A stretch of DNA of 56,286 nucleotides, taken from the NCBI GenBank assembly GCA_001938485.1, contig MQRK01216833.1:1-56286 (forward strand). Reading direction: 5' to 3'. Both the position numbers and the translations under genes were made by a program. Source of the DNA: Girardia tigrina (lineage: Eukaryota). This document shows, piece by piece, positions 35,634 through 48,125 of this stretch. Below the pieces are notes generated by a model. It made no database searches, was not told the DNA's origin, and was given only the letters and a program-made list of their open reading frames with translations. Each line of letters begins with the position of its first letter. The first letter of the stretch is position 1.

Positions 35634-38570
35634 ATGAGTAAACAGAAAAGGCTGTTAGATTTATGGGTTAGTTCTAACTTAAAGCGAAAGAAGTGTGAGC
35701 TCGACGTATCTCAAGACTGTAGTGTTAAGGCTAACGAAGACTCTACATCTGATATAAATTGTGTAGTAATTGCTGAAGATGCATTGGATGCTGTACCTGA
35801 ACTCAATTCTCAACAAACATGTAAGATAGTTAGTTCTGATGGACCCAATCAGCCAATGGACTTTATCTTTACTAAACGCGATTTTCCAGGTTGTGGGAAG
35901 CGATCTGCACAATTGTCCTGGTTCAACACTTGGAAGTGGCTGGATTATGATCCAAGCTCGAATACAATGAGATGCTATTTTTGTGTTCATGCGGAAAATA
36001 AACATTTGTTAACGTTTTCAAAACACAAGAAGCTTGCATTCCTACATGACGGCTTCTGCAATTGAAAGAAAGCCACCTAAATGTTTGCTGAGCATTAAAG
36101 CTGCGGACAGCACAAGGAAGCAACTATGAAATTGTCAATGTAGGCTAAGGCATCCGTAATGGAACAACTCAACGCAGAATGTCGTAAAAATCAAGATGAT
36201 GCCAGAATCGCTCTACATGCAATTTTTACCTCTCTACGCTTTTTAGCAAGACAAGGAATTGATGTGCAAGGTCATTTGCTCGACGATGGCAATTTTATGC
36301 AACTGTTCAAGATGCACACGGCGTAGATACCAACACTTGAACATGGATTGAAAGGAAAAACAACTGGATGTCAGACGCATACCAAAATGAGATTCTACAA
36401 ATGTTTGCGCATGAAATCCAGCGTCAATTAGGAAATGAAATTCGACAATGCAAATGGTTCAGCTTGATATCGGACGGCACAACAGATTGTGACGGAAGGG
36501 AACAGTTGTCAATATCTTTCCGACATGTTGATGATAATTTTGTAATTCGCGAAACATTTGTGGGATTTTATTGCCCTTCAGATAATACTAGCGACACTCT
36601 GTCAACTTGTCTTATTGCCACAATGATTCGACTTGGATTGTCTATGGAAGATTTGAGAGGATAGTGCTACGATGAGGGAGCAAATATGACTGGAGTCAAT
36701 CACAGAGAGCAAGCAATTATTAAAAGTCGATAACCTAAAGCAATATTCGTGCATTGCACCAATCATCTCTATTTTGAACATTTAATCACGTCCCGTTTGA
36801 ATTTTTATTGCAATCACATTTAGAGTCATTATGACTCTCAGAAAGTCTTTCATCGTTTGTCATCCTTCTAATTGGTTTTCTTATTTCTGTTTTTAATGAT
36901 GATTATTCGAACAATTTTTTCTAAGTTATTTTTTAAAATATATAACCTCTAAAAAATATTAATTAAAAAATAATATTTTTTACAATTTCTCAATAAATCC
37001 CAAAATAATAAAAATGACATCAAATTATTAAAAATGCATTTAATTTAAATTTTACTAAAAAATATTAAACTTAATTTTAATTGTGAAATATTGTTCGAAT
37101 AGTCAATTAAATTTAAATAAAAAATACCAATTTCCATCTGGGTGGGAGAATCACCATTCTAAATTCAACATATTTAAATCAACATACAACATCCATACAT
37201 TTACACATTCAAACAATTTAAAATTTTCCTCAAAATCACCTTGATCTTGCTTTGCAAGAAACTGTTCGAGAGGTAAAGTCTATTAAAAATATCTGTCACT
37301 TGTTCGTGAGACTGTTAATTTGATCAAAGAATCAGCCAAACGTCAGTCATGCTTTTAGCGCATCTGTAACGACTTGGAAAAGGCGTCTGATGACGACTAT
37401 CGACACAGTAAATTAAGACAATTTGGTCCAACTAGACGGTGTGTTAGTGGAAGAGCTGTTACCTCTGTCTTAAAAAATTATGAAGCTGTGCTAAAGACTA
37501 TTGTTGCCATTAAAGATGATAAAACAAATCGATAGGAGATAAGATGCAAAGCTCGCGGAATTGCGAAAGAAATGAAGGGAATGAACACATATTTGCGCTT
37601 GCTCATTGCCAAAAGCCTATTTTTTCCTTGTAAAGAATTAGTCATATAGTCCAGTCAGATGACAGTTGTAGGCGCTGTGAAAAATGCAACTGTTTTAGCA
37701 AGATACTTACGGGGGCTTCAATCGGAAATTGAATTTGAAAAGTTAGCCAATATGGCTTAAGAAAAGGGAAAAAACTTGACCTGAAGTTGCCACAGAAGAG
37801 CAAAATGTCCAAGCCTCCTTTGAGGTACTTAACTAGTCCTATTAAAAAACTTGTCTTTTCGGTACATTAACACTACACCAATATTAATTTTCAGGCTTGA
37901 ATCGTCAGAATCACCTGCTCTTCCGGCTGTCTTTAATAAATGGGAAGACCAAGAGCGCAAAAACTTTTACGAGGCGATCGATCTACTAGTCAATGAACAT
38001 CGACGTCTTTTTGAACAAGAGGGAATAACAACAATCATGAATATGGAGAACCTTCTCATGACATCAGTTGCGAGAACATCGGTTGAACGTCAGTTGGAAG
38101 ATATTCCTGAGATTTATAAGACGGATTTTGATCGAACTTTACACTAATTTGTGTAAATGTTATGTTTATAAAACTTTATACGGTATTATTATTTCAAACA
38201 TCAGACTCCTCCTCCAGTTGAAGATGCTCCCTGACCTTTTAAAACAAGACCAGTGGATTGAAACTATTTTAGACCTTGCCTCATTTCTCAAAACGCAATC
38301 TGAGGCTTTCTTAAGTCTATTCTCAGATGTTGTAAAATTAATTCGTTTAATCCTTACGGTGCCAGCAACGTCAGCAACATCGGTGCGCTCATTTAGCGAA
38401 TTACGGCGATTAAAAACATGGTCACGATCTACAATGACCTAGAAGAGACTTACTCATCTTGCTATAGCTTACTTCCATCAGGACAAATTAGACAGTTTGG
38501 ATATTTCAATGCTGTGTAACGCATTTGCTAGTAAAACCCGAGAAAGGGAAAAAAACACTTGCGTGCTAAT
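35634..38570 (+). pseudogene. hAT transposase (TTF-type Zn finger, DUF4371-like core, dimerization domain), with stops, an insertion and a probable intron
   Basis: WKWLDY..RCYFC, LRFLARQG..GH..DGNF, FSLISDGTTD..EQLSISFRHV, LRG*CYDEGANMTG, VHCTNH|LDLALQE, GPTR and ILTVPATSATSVRSFSELRRLKTWSRSTMT*KRL. Confidence 0.93.
36766..37238. mobile_element. ~470-bp AT-rich insertion inside the hAT CxxH motif
   Basis: It separates VHCTNH from LDLALQE. Junction sequences AATCATCT (36761) and AATCACCT (37234) could be a TSD. Short inverted ends ATTTTGA and TCAAAAT. Confidence 0.65.
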
Positions 38571-38840
38571 ACAATGTGTACATAGGCTTCATTGCTAACA
38601 TTTTATGAAGAAAACATTTATACACTCTTCTTTTTTTCACAAAAACATGGCTTATAAAGACGGTGGCCCCAGTAACTTTTACAATGTTCCCGCGCTACTG
38701 TTTGTCTAATCACATTTTTTATATCCGAACGTAATTCTTGGTTATTATCATGGTCATCTGACTATATGAACAATATTAAAACAGCTTAAAGCAAATTTTT
38801 GTCAATAAACATTTTTTAACTTTGATTAATTAATTATTAT

Positions 38841-40019
38841 TAAGGCATTAAATTTTACACGGCATTAACTTTTAAAATTCGCAGGTCAATTGTGGTAAAA
38901 GGTGTAAAATTCGCGGCAAGTTCACAACGTCACGTGTTTTCCAAATATTACTTAATACACACGTTCAATTTAGGGAAAATCAATTGATTTTGAGTACAAG
39001 CAAGGTTTTTGACATTCATTTTACCAATTTTCAAAAAAAAGTAAGTAAAACAAAATTTTAATAAACAAGTCTTTTATTTACATTTCTTTTTTTCTTTATG
39101 TTCTCCCAAATAAAATCGTAGGTTGCATTCATTATGTTCCACTTGGTCACGTCAAACATATGATGTGCTCAGAAAAATGTTGGCAGCAGGTTGTCAGAAG
39201 CCAAATGTTCTGCTATCAACTTAAGAGATATAGTTTCTCAATTTTGTGCAGCCATTACGTAAGCTTCAACAGATGGAGATCGTTCCTTCAGATGCTGAAG
39301 TATCCATCCATTCTGCGAGTTACGTTAGTTCATCTGTAGCAAGATGTGCATTTACGTCTGCTCCTTCCTATTGAGTTAGCTTGAATAAATCTCGGGAGCA
39401 TACTTGCGTAGCTCAGTCAAGTTGTCTTTCACAGGAGATGAAACACAGACAAGCTCGGAAATATTCAAACTACTACTCTCGTCCTCATGGCCAAAACTTT
39501 CTGAGTAATCAACGAGATGATCAACATGGTAAATGCGGCCAGAAACCAGCTGTTCTACCTTATTATAACGGGCATCGGTGCAAGAGCATCAAGTTTATCT
39601 TTGTCGCACAAGAAATATCAAAACCTGGCCTTAAATGCTAGACATGCTGTGAAAGCTTTTCTTAAAACTGGCCATTTGTTTGCTGATTGCCGAAAACGAG
39701 TGCTGCCACACTTCCCCAATGAGGTTAAGTATATGTGCAATGCAAGTAACGTGGACTATAATTGATAGTCTATAATTCATTATTAATGAATAATCTTTAC
39801 AGATTTTTAATATTCAATTGGTATTCAATTTAATAGTAATATTATCAAATATGACTATAAATTTTGACCAAAAATTTATACTACAAATTATAATCCGATC
39901 ATCTCAAAATCAGACTGGTCTGAGAAATGAAATCGCGGTATGATTGAGAAATTCGCCGTAGATGCCAAAATTCGTGAAATTTGCGATAGCCGTAATAACT
40001 GCGAAAATTTACAGCCTTA
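38841..40019 (-). mobile_element. Internally deleted hAT element of a second family
   Basis: TIRs TAAGGCATTAAATTTT and rc TAAGGCTGTAAATTTT. TSD ATTATTAT/TTTATTAT (7/8, low complexity). The minus strand of 39530-39760 reads VHVTCIAHILNLIGEVW (CxxH) and APMPVIIR*NSWFLAA (TRWNSW motif). The ORF-track calls here are on the wrong strand. Confidence 0.88.
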
Positions 40020-41800
40020 TTTATTATTTTACAAATACAAAATCCAAGAAGTTTTATAATTCCATGTAATAAACATTTAATAGCAATTTTAATAAAAAAA
40101 TATTATAATAAAAATTATAATAATTAATATTGATACTATACTTAAATTTTTGATTATTTGTAGTCTTTTTATTCTAGTTAAATTAATTTTATTATTAGTA
40201 TTGAAATTAGTAAATTCAATAATATTGCTCCAGCCAAAAAAAAATAAATTTTAACCTGAACAAAATTATAATTAAAGAAATTTGAAAATTAAGATTTATT
40301 AAAGATTTCTGTAAAAATTATAATTTATGTTAAAAATAGAAGTAATAAAAAAATTTTCAAAAAAATGTATTTTTCTTCTAAGGGTTTTAGAATTTAATAA
40401 AAATTGGTTCTCATCCAGTGGTTAAGTTTTTAATAATAATAAATTTTAGTTAATATTAATAAATTTTAGATTTGAAACGGCTGTACTTTCTACATTTTCA
40501 ATGTTTATTAATTATTTGTAGTGTATACTCAATAATGATTCACAGAACTATCTCTCATAATGGGAATCCAAGCCCTTCTATAAAACAGAAATCTTATCCT
40601 TTAAAGCAGAAGAGATTATATTTTAACAACATAACCAATGATAAAGAACCTTACTCGATCGACTCTTTTATGAATACTTACTAATCCAGGTTTCCAGATG
40701 ACATTTTTCTCTTCAATGTACGAGTTGTTACACCAGTGAAAATGAAACTTATAAACCAGTATAGCTTATAATTCACAAATCGTTTTCAATTCGTTTAATT
40801 GGAACATTTGATACTACATATTTTTTTGCAAATTACAAATGCTAAAATCCTTAAGAATATTTGATTATTTGTTTGTGCTCTTCAATATTTTCTTCCTTTC
40901 ATCCTCTTTTAAACCGTGTTTGTGTACATAATTTCTCCAAATTAATCTCAGTGTTCTGATCTATCTGTTTTCTTATGTGCATGTCGTCCCTCAAGCGTTC
41001 TCTAAGTATATTTAAATCATGATCTGCCATTTCGAAATTAGAAGATTAATTCCAAACTTTGTGAACTAAACCCTTTACCATATCCCCTCTATATATTTCC
41101 CTCACAAGATCTCTGTAGTGTTGTGTAAATTACGAGTACACAATTTCCCCTTTCGGACAAAAATGAGAGTTTAGAATATAATGTAGACAAAAGTACCATA
41201 AAAGATGTTAATCTCTTCGTATAAATATTATTCAACAAAATATCTTTAAATAAGTCCGATTTTCTTGTCGAATTTTGTGTCAGTCGATAGAGATTGATTA
41301 GTAAATTGTGATTATGAAAATCGACATTAATTAAATATTTATTGTTTTATATATTCAATTGGTTAATATATTTTTTGCACTTGATTGAATTTATTTGGTG
41401 AAAGAAACTATTTGATTATTGTGATTGTTGAAGAGATTCATCTGAGAAAATTATTGTGCAGTTCGAGAAATACACATTTCCGATAGAAGTTGATACATTT
41501 TTGATTTATTTCTTCTCAGTTACATATAAGTATAAAACATTTTTTATAAAAATAATGGTTGAAATGAATAGAAAACGAAACTATGAAACATTTTATTTTA
41601 ACAAATATTCATTGAAAATCAAGAAATGAGATTTAAAGGTTGATTTTTTTGGAAAAATAAGATGTTTTACGTTTTGTTATTTGTTTAGTAACTTATTTTT
41701 TATTTGTTTTAAACGAAATTTTGATGCGTTTTTAAGACATGTGATAAAAGTTTGTTGTTTAATATTAATATGAAGGGACTTTTAAAAACTTTTGGTACAT

Positions 41801-41808
<8 letters not shown>

Positions 41809-41866
<58 letters not shown>

Positions 41867-41916
41867 NNNNNNNNNNNNNNNNNNNNNNNNNNNNNNNNNN
41901 NNNNNNNNNNNNNNNN

Positions 41917-41949
<33 letters not shown>
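41809..41949. repeat. (TA)n microsatellite spanning a 50-N gap
   Basis: Pure AT dinucleotide run on both sides of the gap. Confidence 0.95.
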
Positions 41950-41953
<4 letters not shown>

Positions 41954-44900
41954 CACAAGCAATTTGTATATTACGGTTATTAACTAAAGAAATAAAAGAA
42001 AATAAATATTTGAACTGTTTTATTAAAAAAAATATTTAACAAAAAGAGAATTTCTTTGAAAACATATTAATATTACCTATACAAATATAATTATCTGTTA
42101 TTTAGTACAATAGATTCAGAATTTGTTACCTAAAGTACATTATAGTATTCATTTATTTTAATTAGTACTTCATTAAAGTTTTATTATTATTATTATTATT
42201 ATTGATAATATTTTGCCAATATTTAATGGAAACAAATATCTCAGTTATTTTTTAAGTATAATTGCTTCCATTTCGTTCAAATAATTTATTTTATAATTAT
42301 ATTATAATGGTTTTCATTTTTTTCATGAATTCTCTCTTTTTCCTAATTTCCACTAATTTCCATTAGAAATTTTTTTTCCAGAAAACTATATTCTACTTCT
42401 TATCACCAAGATCCCTTCACAATCCCTTCACAAATTTAATATAAATTCAATTTAATAATGATTATTAAATGACAAACTTATACAAACTGACATTCAAATA
42501 TACGTGGTTATTAAAACTTAAAGAAGTAAAACATATCCATTATATATATATGACACAATTTTCAACCATTTTTTATGAAATATATAACATTTTTTAGAAA
42601 AAGAAATCTAAAATTTTCCAAAAAAACACTTGTTCTTGATTATCTAGTTTTATATCAAAGAAACCAAATTTGCACCAAGGAATTGGGTTTTTTAGAATAA
42701 AGACAGAGTAAAATTCTTTGTCTTTAGGAGACAAACGAGTCAATAGGATGTGAACAGCAATTAATGACTGGGCGCTTTTTTTCCTTTTACTAACCTCATT
42801 TTCTGGGAGATTACCGAATTTTTATTTAATTTAATATCCGTGTTGAAAGTTTGATTGTAGAAAACTTTTCTCACACTCTTTTTTCAGTGGCTGATTGTTT
42901 TAGTGAGTCTTCTGTCTTAAAAAGATATATTTTTATTATTTCCTGTGCTGAATTTTTCTTTAAATCAATATGGAGTAGAAGGATTGGGAGGTTGAAGTAA
43001 CAAAACTAGTGTAGATGTTGAAACCATTCAAGTTTAATAACGCAATCCTTTATAGATCCTTTGGAGGAGATAAAGAAATTTAACAAAAAAGAAGAAAGAA
43101 TCGTCCAATTTTAAATAGATTACAAAGATAGGGAAATTCAAAAAAATGTTATAAAAACATTTCTAACTACTAAAATTAAACAAAATCGCTAGAAAAACGG
43201 TATTTGTTTATCATTAAAATTGAAATTTTGTAAAATATATAGCGTTTTCAATAAACTATAAAACCTTTCGTTTCTGACACTAAATTATTTATGATAGTAA
43301 ATTTGGAAATAAAAATAAATCTGAAGCTTTACTAATGTCTTTTTCTAAAAATTTTGCACCTTTACAAATCTAAATTCTCTTAACAAATTATATTCTTTAA
43401 AGAACAGTTTGTCTTAAAATTATGAATTTAATTATATAAAAGGCTAAAAATTGTCGTGTGTCAGTGGGTCCGTAAAACATATTGAATAACTTGCCTTCCC
43501 AAAGTTGAATCTGAATATCTTTTCCGTTTCCAGCAATGTCCAATTTGATAGATTTAAATATTTTTGCAAAACATTTTGTTGTCAAGTTCTTCAAATTGAA
43601 TCGAAAAATGAGGGTCAAAATGACGGTATAAATAAACTTGCAAAAAGAACAATCATCTCCAGTATATGGTTTCCTAGAAAATAAGTATAAAAACTTATAT
43701 CTTTAGTTTTATCAATCTAAATAGTTCAAATCTAAAGGTTTTTCAAACAGAAAAAAAATTAAAAAAGAAAAATTCATTATTTTTAGAAAAACCATTTGCT
43801 TGAATAAATCAAGGGGCTTAAATAAATATTTTTAATGTAATATTTTCAAATTACTTAAAAAGAAAGCTCAAAGGTGATATAGATGAAAATGAAAATCAAG
43901 AAAACAATAATATATTGTGTAAAAAGCCCCCGAGCACCCCTAATAAAAGTCATTATTTTTATATTTATCAATTAATTTGTTTAAAAAATTATTACCTGCT
44001 GGCAAAACTATATTATATTTTACAATATTCAGGTTTTTAATGCACGAATACGTACAACTAGACGCCAGTTTTAGAAAAAAAACTTCATAAACCTGTTAAA
44101 TCAAAGTTCACCTCATTAAGGAATATTTTATGTCTTTTAGGTATTATAAAAATAAAGAAAGAAAGAAAGACGGTTTTTATTAAATAATAATAATTTTATA
44201 CAAAAATTTTATAAAAAACACGTATCACCCAAATATATAAATAATCATATAAATAATCATTATATAAATAATCATTAGACAAAGAAGAATAAATAAACAA
44301 ATAAAAGCAATAAAAGAATATTCTGATAATTGAAAAAAAATTTACAACATTAAATGTTTTTACATTAAAAAAAACAAAAAACATATTTTTATTTGATATA
44401 AACAAAAAAATTCAAGTTTTTTTTCATCACTGGATCAGCTATAATTCTATTTTTGTCCTATTTTTTAATAAAAAATAAAACATCATGATTAAAACAGATA
44501 TTCAAAAAATAAAAAAGATAAAAGAATAATATTTTTATCTAGTAAATTTTCTGAACAAAAAAATTCCAAAACAACAGAAATGTTTTAATCCAATTTGTTG
44601 TGATAGAGACTTGATATTAAAACAAAAAAAACAAATTCCAAAACTAATAGATTGAATAATAATTATGGTTTGATAATTTGATATAGCAACAATCGAAAAT
44701 CAGAGAAAATAAATTAATTTCAGAACACTGATATTTTGTTTAAATCAATAAAAAAATAAGACAGNNNNNNNNNNNNNNNNNNNNNNNNNNNNNNNNNNNN
44801 NNNNNNNNNNNNNNNNNNNNNNNNNNNNNNNNNNNNNNNNNNNNNNNNNNNNNNNNNNNNNNNNNNNNNNNNNNNNNNNNNNNNNNNNNNNNNNNNNNNN

Positions 44901-45462
44901 NNNNNNNNNNNNNNNNNNNNNNNNNNNNNNNNNNNNNNNNNNNNNNNNNNNTTTAAAATATCATTCGCAATTCATGAGTCTGAAGATACCGTATGTATAT
45001 AGGGTCTTGAAATAAAAAAAATAAACTCGAATTTAATAATATTTTATTTTCATTGAAAATCAAACAAATAATTTTCTTTTACTTTGTGTCTCTGAAAATT
45101 TTCATTTTAATTCATGTGTCGAATATTTCAGGTTTATTTTCAATTGCTAAAATTGATAAATATTTCCTATCTGATATTGTTGTTATTAGGCAATAAATAA
45201 ATAATATTTTAGTTTATAATTTAACAAAAAAAATACTTTAATATTTATTTTTAAAGAGGATTTTAAAAACAATATGTCAATATTAATATTAATTAATTAA
45301 TTAAATTTGATTTGATTTACGTCAATACTTTATTTATTTCATTTTTTATATGTCAAATATTATTTTTAATTAATTCAAACTAAGCTAGTATTTAATAAGA
45401 AATTTAAAAATAATGGAAAATTTTTATTAAAATCAAGGACGCCATTAAAATCAAATTTTATT

Positions 45463-45505
45463 GTCGCAATATGTTTCGGTGGATTTTTCTCCATCTTCAG
45501 GCTGA
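45463..45505 (-). ncRNA. Hammerhead-like motif in the Penelope pLTR, partly decayed
   Basis: Minus strand: CAGC-CTGAAGA-T-GGAGAAAAATCCACC-GAAA-CATATT-GCG. Both core boxes are intact; the stems are imperfect. Confidence 0.65.
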
Positions 45506-45581
45506 ATTAACAACAATTTCGCTGTCTTATATATAGCAAATTTATGATTATGCAAACATATTGCGTATAACTAATTAAATA

Positions 45582-46717
45582 TTAGGTTGTTCGATGTGAA
45601 ACGGGTCAAAATTAAAGTAAAATGTAAATCGATTTTTTTTAAATAATAACATTTTATTTTTAATCAAAATATCCCCCATGTTGTCAACACACTGTTGCCA
45701 TTTCAATGGTAACACATTTAACCCTTTAGTATAAAACACTGATTCACGAGAGTCAATGAATTGTTGAAAGGTCAAATTCTATGAAACGGGTCAAAATTAA
45801 AGTAAAATGTAAATCGATTTTTTTTAAATAATAACATTTTATTTTTAATCAAAATATCCCCCATGTTGTCAACACACTGTTGCCATTTCAATGGTAACNN
45901 NNNNNNNNNNNNNNNNNNNNNNNNNNNNNNNNNNNNNNNNNNNNNNNNNNNNNNNNNNNNNNNNNNNNNNNNNNNNNNNNNNNNNNNNNNNNNNNNNNNN
46001 NNNNNNNNNNNNNNNNNNNNNNNNNNNNNNNNNNNNNNNNNNNNNNNNNNNNNNNNNNNNNNNNNNNNNNNNNNNNNNNNNNNNNNNNNNNNNNNNNNNN
46101 NNNNNNNNNNNNNNNNNNNNNNNNNNNNNNNNNNNNNNNNNNNNNNNNNNNNNNNNNNNNNNNNNNNNNNNNNNNNNNNNNNNNNNNNNNNNNNNNNNNN
46201 NNNNNNNNNNNNNNNNNNNNNNNNNNNNNNNNNNNNNNNNNNNNNNNNNNNNNNNNNNNNNNNNNNNNNNNNNNNNNNNNNNNNNNNNNNNNNNNNNNNN
46301 NNNNNNNNNNNNNNNNNNNNNNNNNNNNNNNNNNNNNNNNNNNNNNNNNNNNNNNNNNNNNNNNNNNNNNNNNNNNNNNNNNNNNNNNNNNNNNNNNNNN
46401 NNNNNNNNNNNNNNNNNNNNNNNNNNNNNNNNNNNNNNNNNNNNNNNNNNNNNNNNNNNNNNNNNNNNNNNNNNNNNNNNNNNNNNNNNNNNNNNNNNNN
46501 NNNNNNNNNNNNNNNNNNNNNNNNNNNNNNNNNNNNNNNNNNNNNNNNNNNNNNNNNNNNNNNNNNNNNNNNNNNNNNNNNNNNNNNNNNNNNNNNNNNN
46601 NNNNNNNTATCTGTCAAGAAATACCTTATTTATTTTCATACGATAGTTCAAAGTTAAGTTATACGCGATTGAAATGTAAGGTGTGAAGTTTGACCCGTTT
46701 CATATCGAACAACCTAA
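45582..46717 (-). mobile_element. Mariner element, interior mostly gap
   Basis: 29-bp TIR TTAGGTTGTTCGAT(G/A)TGAAACGGGTCAAA, TA TSDs at 45580-81 and 46718-19, and C-terminal FYTKGLNVLPLKWQQCVDNMGD. Confidence 0.93.
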
Positions 46718-47235
46718 TATTTTCAACAAATTGGAAGAGAGACTTGTTTGGACATTAATGGATGGATTAAGTGATTTAATCAATAATGCTTCACAAGTAA
46801 CTCTTTCCCAATATTTTTTTTTAAAATTACTGCACGATACTTTAAAATTAATTGTTTTAACCTCCGATTTACAACCCTTCATATGTCCAGCAATATTACT
46901 CCCATTACCCAATCATCCATGCTGCTGAATCCGTTTACAGAGATGACGAGACGTCTCTCCAATGTATGTAGCGTTGCACCCATTACACGAAAATTGATAA
47001 ACCAGATTGGAACATAAATTCAAAGTAGTACGAGATTTATTGCTGAACATACTTTGAATTTTGTAAGATTTAGAAATGATTTTTAAATTTAAATTTTTAC
47101 AATCGATTGATTTTAAAATAGACAATTTAAATTTTTTGTAGCCTTCTGAATAAGGAACGATTAGCGTATATCCAATATTAGAATTTTCATTAGATAATTT
47201 ATTGGGTTTTAATTCGTCTTTACCCTTATGAGGGG

Positions 47236-47751
47236 TTAATTTAAATTTGCATCTCGCCAGAATAATTTATTATTTTTTAACTTTAAAGGGTAAAATATTT
47301 TAATATTAATATGATTATTAAATATTTTAAAAATAAAAATGATATAGTAAAACAACTATTAAAAAATCAAATATGTATTTAAAAATAAAATATGTTTTTA
47401 ATGTGTTTTTTTAAATATTTTAAAAATTAAAAATGATATAATAAAAGAAAATCATAAAAAAATTAAATATATGTTTAAAAGTAAAAAATATCTTTTTAAT
47501 GTATCTATTAAATATTTTAAAATTAAAAATGATAAGAAAACCATTAAACATTAAATATTTATTTATAAATAAAAATATTTTTACAGGCATAACAATTTAT
47601 ATATTTTAATAGAAGTTATGAAACAATTTTAAATAAATTTTACAACAAATTTTTAGTTTTATGTGAAAATTATTTAATAAATTTGCAAGATTTTAAAAAT
47701 TGAATCGAAAAGAATTTAATAGATTAATTTGTGGCGAGATAATTAAATTAA
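47236..47751. mobile_element. Unclassified TIR element containing three ~93-bp AT-rich tandem units (47318-47585)
   Basis: TTAATTTAA..ATCTCGCCA at 47236-59 is inverted as TGGCGAGATAATTAAATTAA at 47732-51. Units begin TTAAATATTTTAAAA..AAAAATGATA at ~47318, ~47411 and ~47508. Confidence 0.55.
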
Positions 47752-48125
47752 CAGATAAATTTGTTTAAATATATGAATTGTTTTTGATTAATTTTGATGT
47801 TAAAAAAATGAATTCTGATATTGATGTTGCAACAACTTCTCCCAACCCTCATGTTCTTTATTCATTAATTTATCTATCGTCTCATTAGTTAGTTTCTCTA
47901 AAAATGATTTCGAATAGCCATTTTTCTGCAATAGTTATGTTAGATTATCTATGCGTGCATCTGCTTTTTCATATGTTGATGGCCAACTAAGGATTAAAAG
48001 TTATTTTGTTTTTTTTATTGTCATAATTTTATGTATTTGTATATGTATATATATATATTGAGTCTTGTGAACGCAAGTTTAGTATTTCGAAAATATAATT
48101 TGATTAAAGCTTTTTTTATACAACT

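Larger units (their letters stand above)
35093..38700 (+). mobile_element. Full-length decayed hAT transposon (Tip100/ZMYM1-like)
   Basis: TIR CAGT(T/A)GCGC(T/G)GGAA and a perfect 8-bp TSD TTTGTCTA at 35085-92 and 38701-08. Confidence 0.95.
45440..47225 (-). mobile_element. 3' fragment of a Penelope-like retroelement (GIY-YIG endonuclease plus pLTR), interrupted by a mariner
   Basis: LIVPYSEG..NLVYQFSCNGCNATYIGETSRHLCKRIQQH*..IAGH..RVTCEALLIKSLNPSIN (GIY-YIG with CCHH motif). Removing the mariner restores ..LLKIFN* (stop at 45571-73), followed by TATATATAAG and a hammerhead-like motif. Confidence 0.9.

Noticed and set aside
39381-39765. Plus-strand ORFs of 86 and 82 aa
   Set aside because: They are antisense shadows of the minus-strand hAT relic.
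40870-41200. Possible Tc1 N-terminal relic on the minus strand (similar faint traces at 2560-2700 and 13200-13780)
   Set aside because: Too decayed to support by eye; it would need an HMM or tBLASTn hit.
44980-45013. CTGAAGAT..GAAA as a fifth hammerhead
   Set aside because: Stem II does not close against GAAA, and no stem I or III can be formed.
45597-45898. ~120-bp tandem duplication of the mariner 3' end (45597-45718 and 45781-45898)
   Set aside because: An identical copy abutting a gap is most likely a contig-end or gap-filling artefact.
45772-46657. ORFs of 251-281 aa
   Set aside because: Almost entirely Ns. The same applies to the ORFs over the gaps at ~41867, ~48350 and ~54284.
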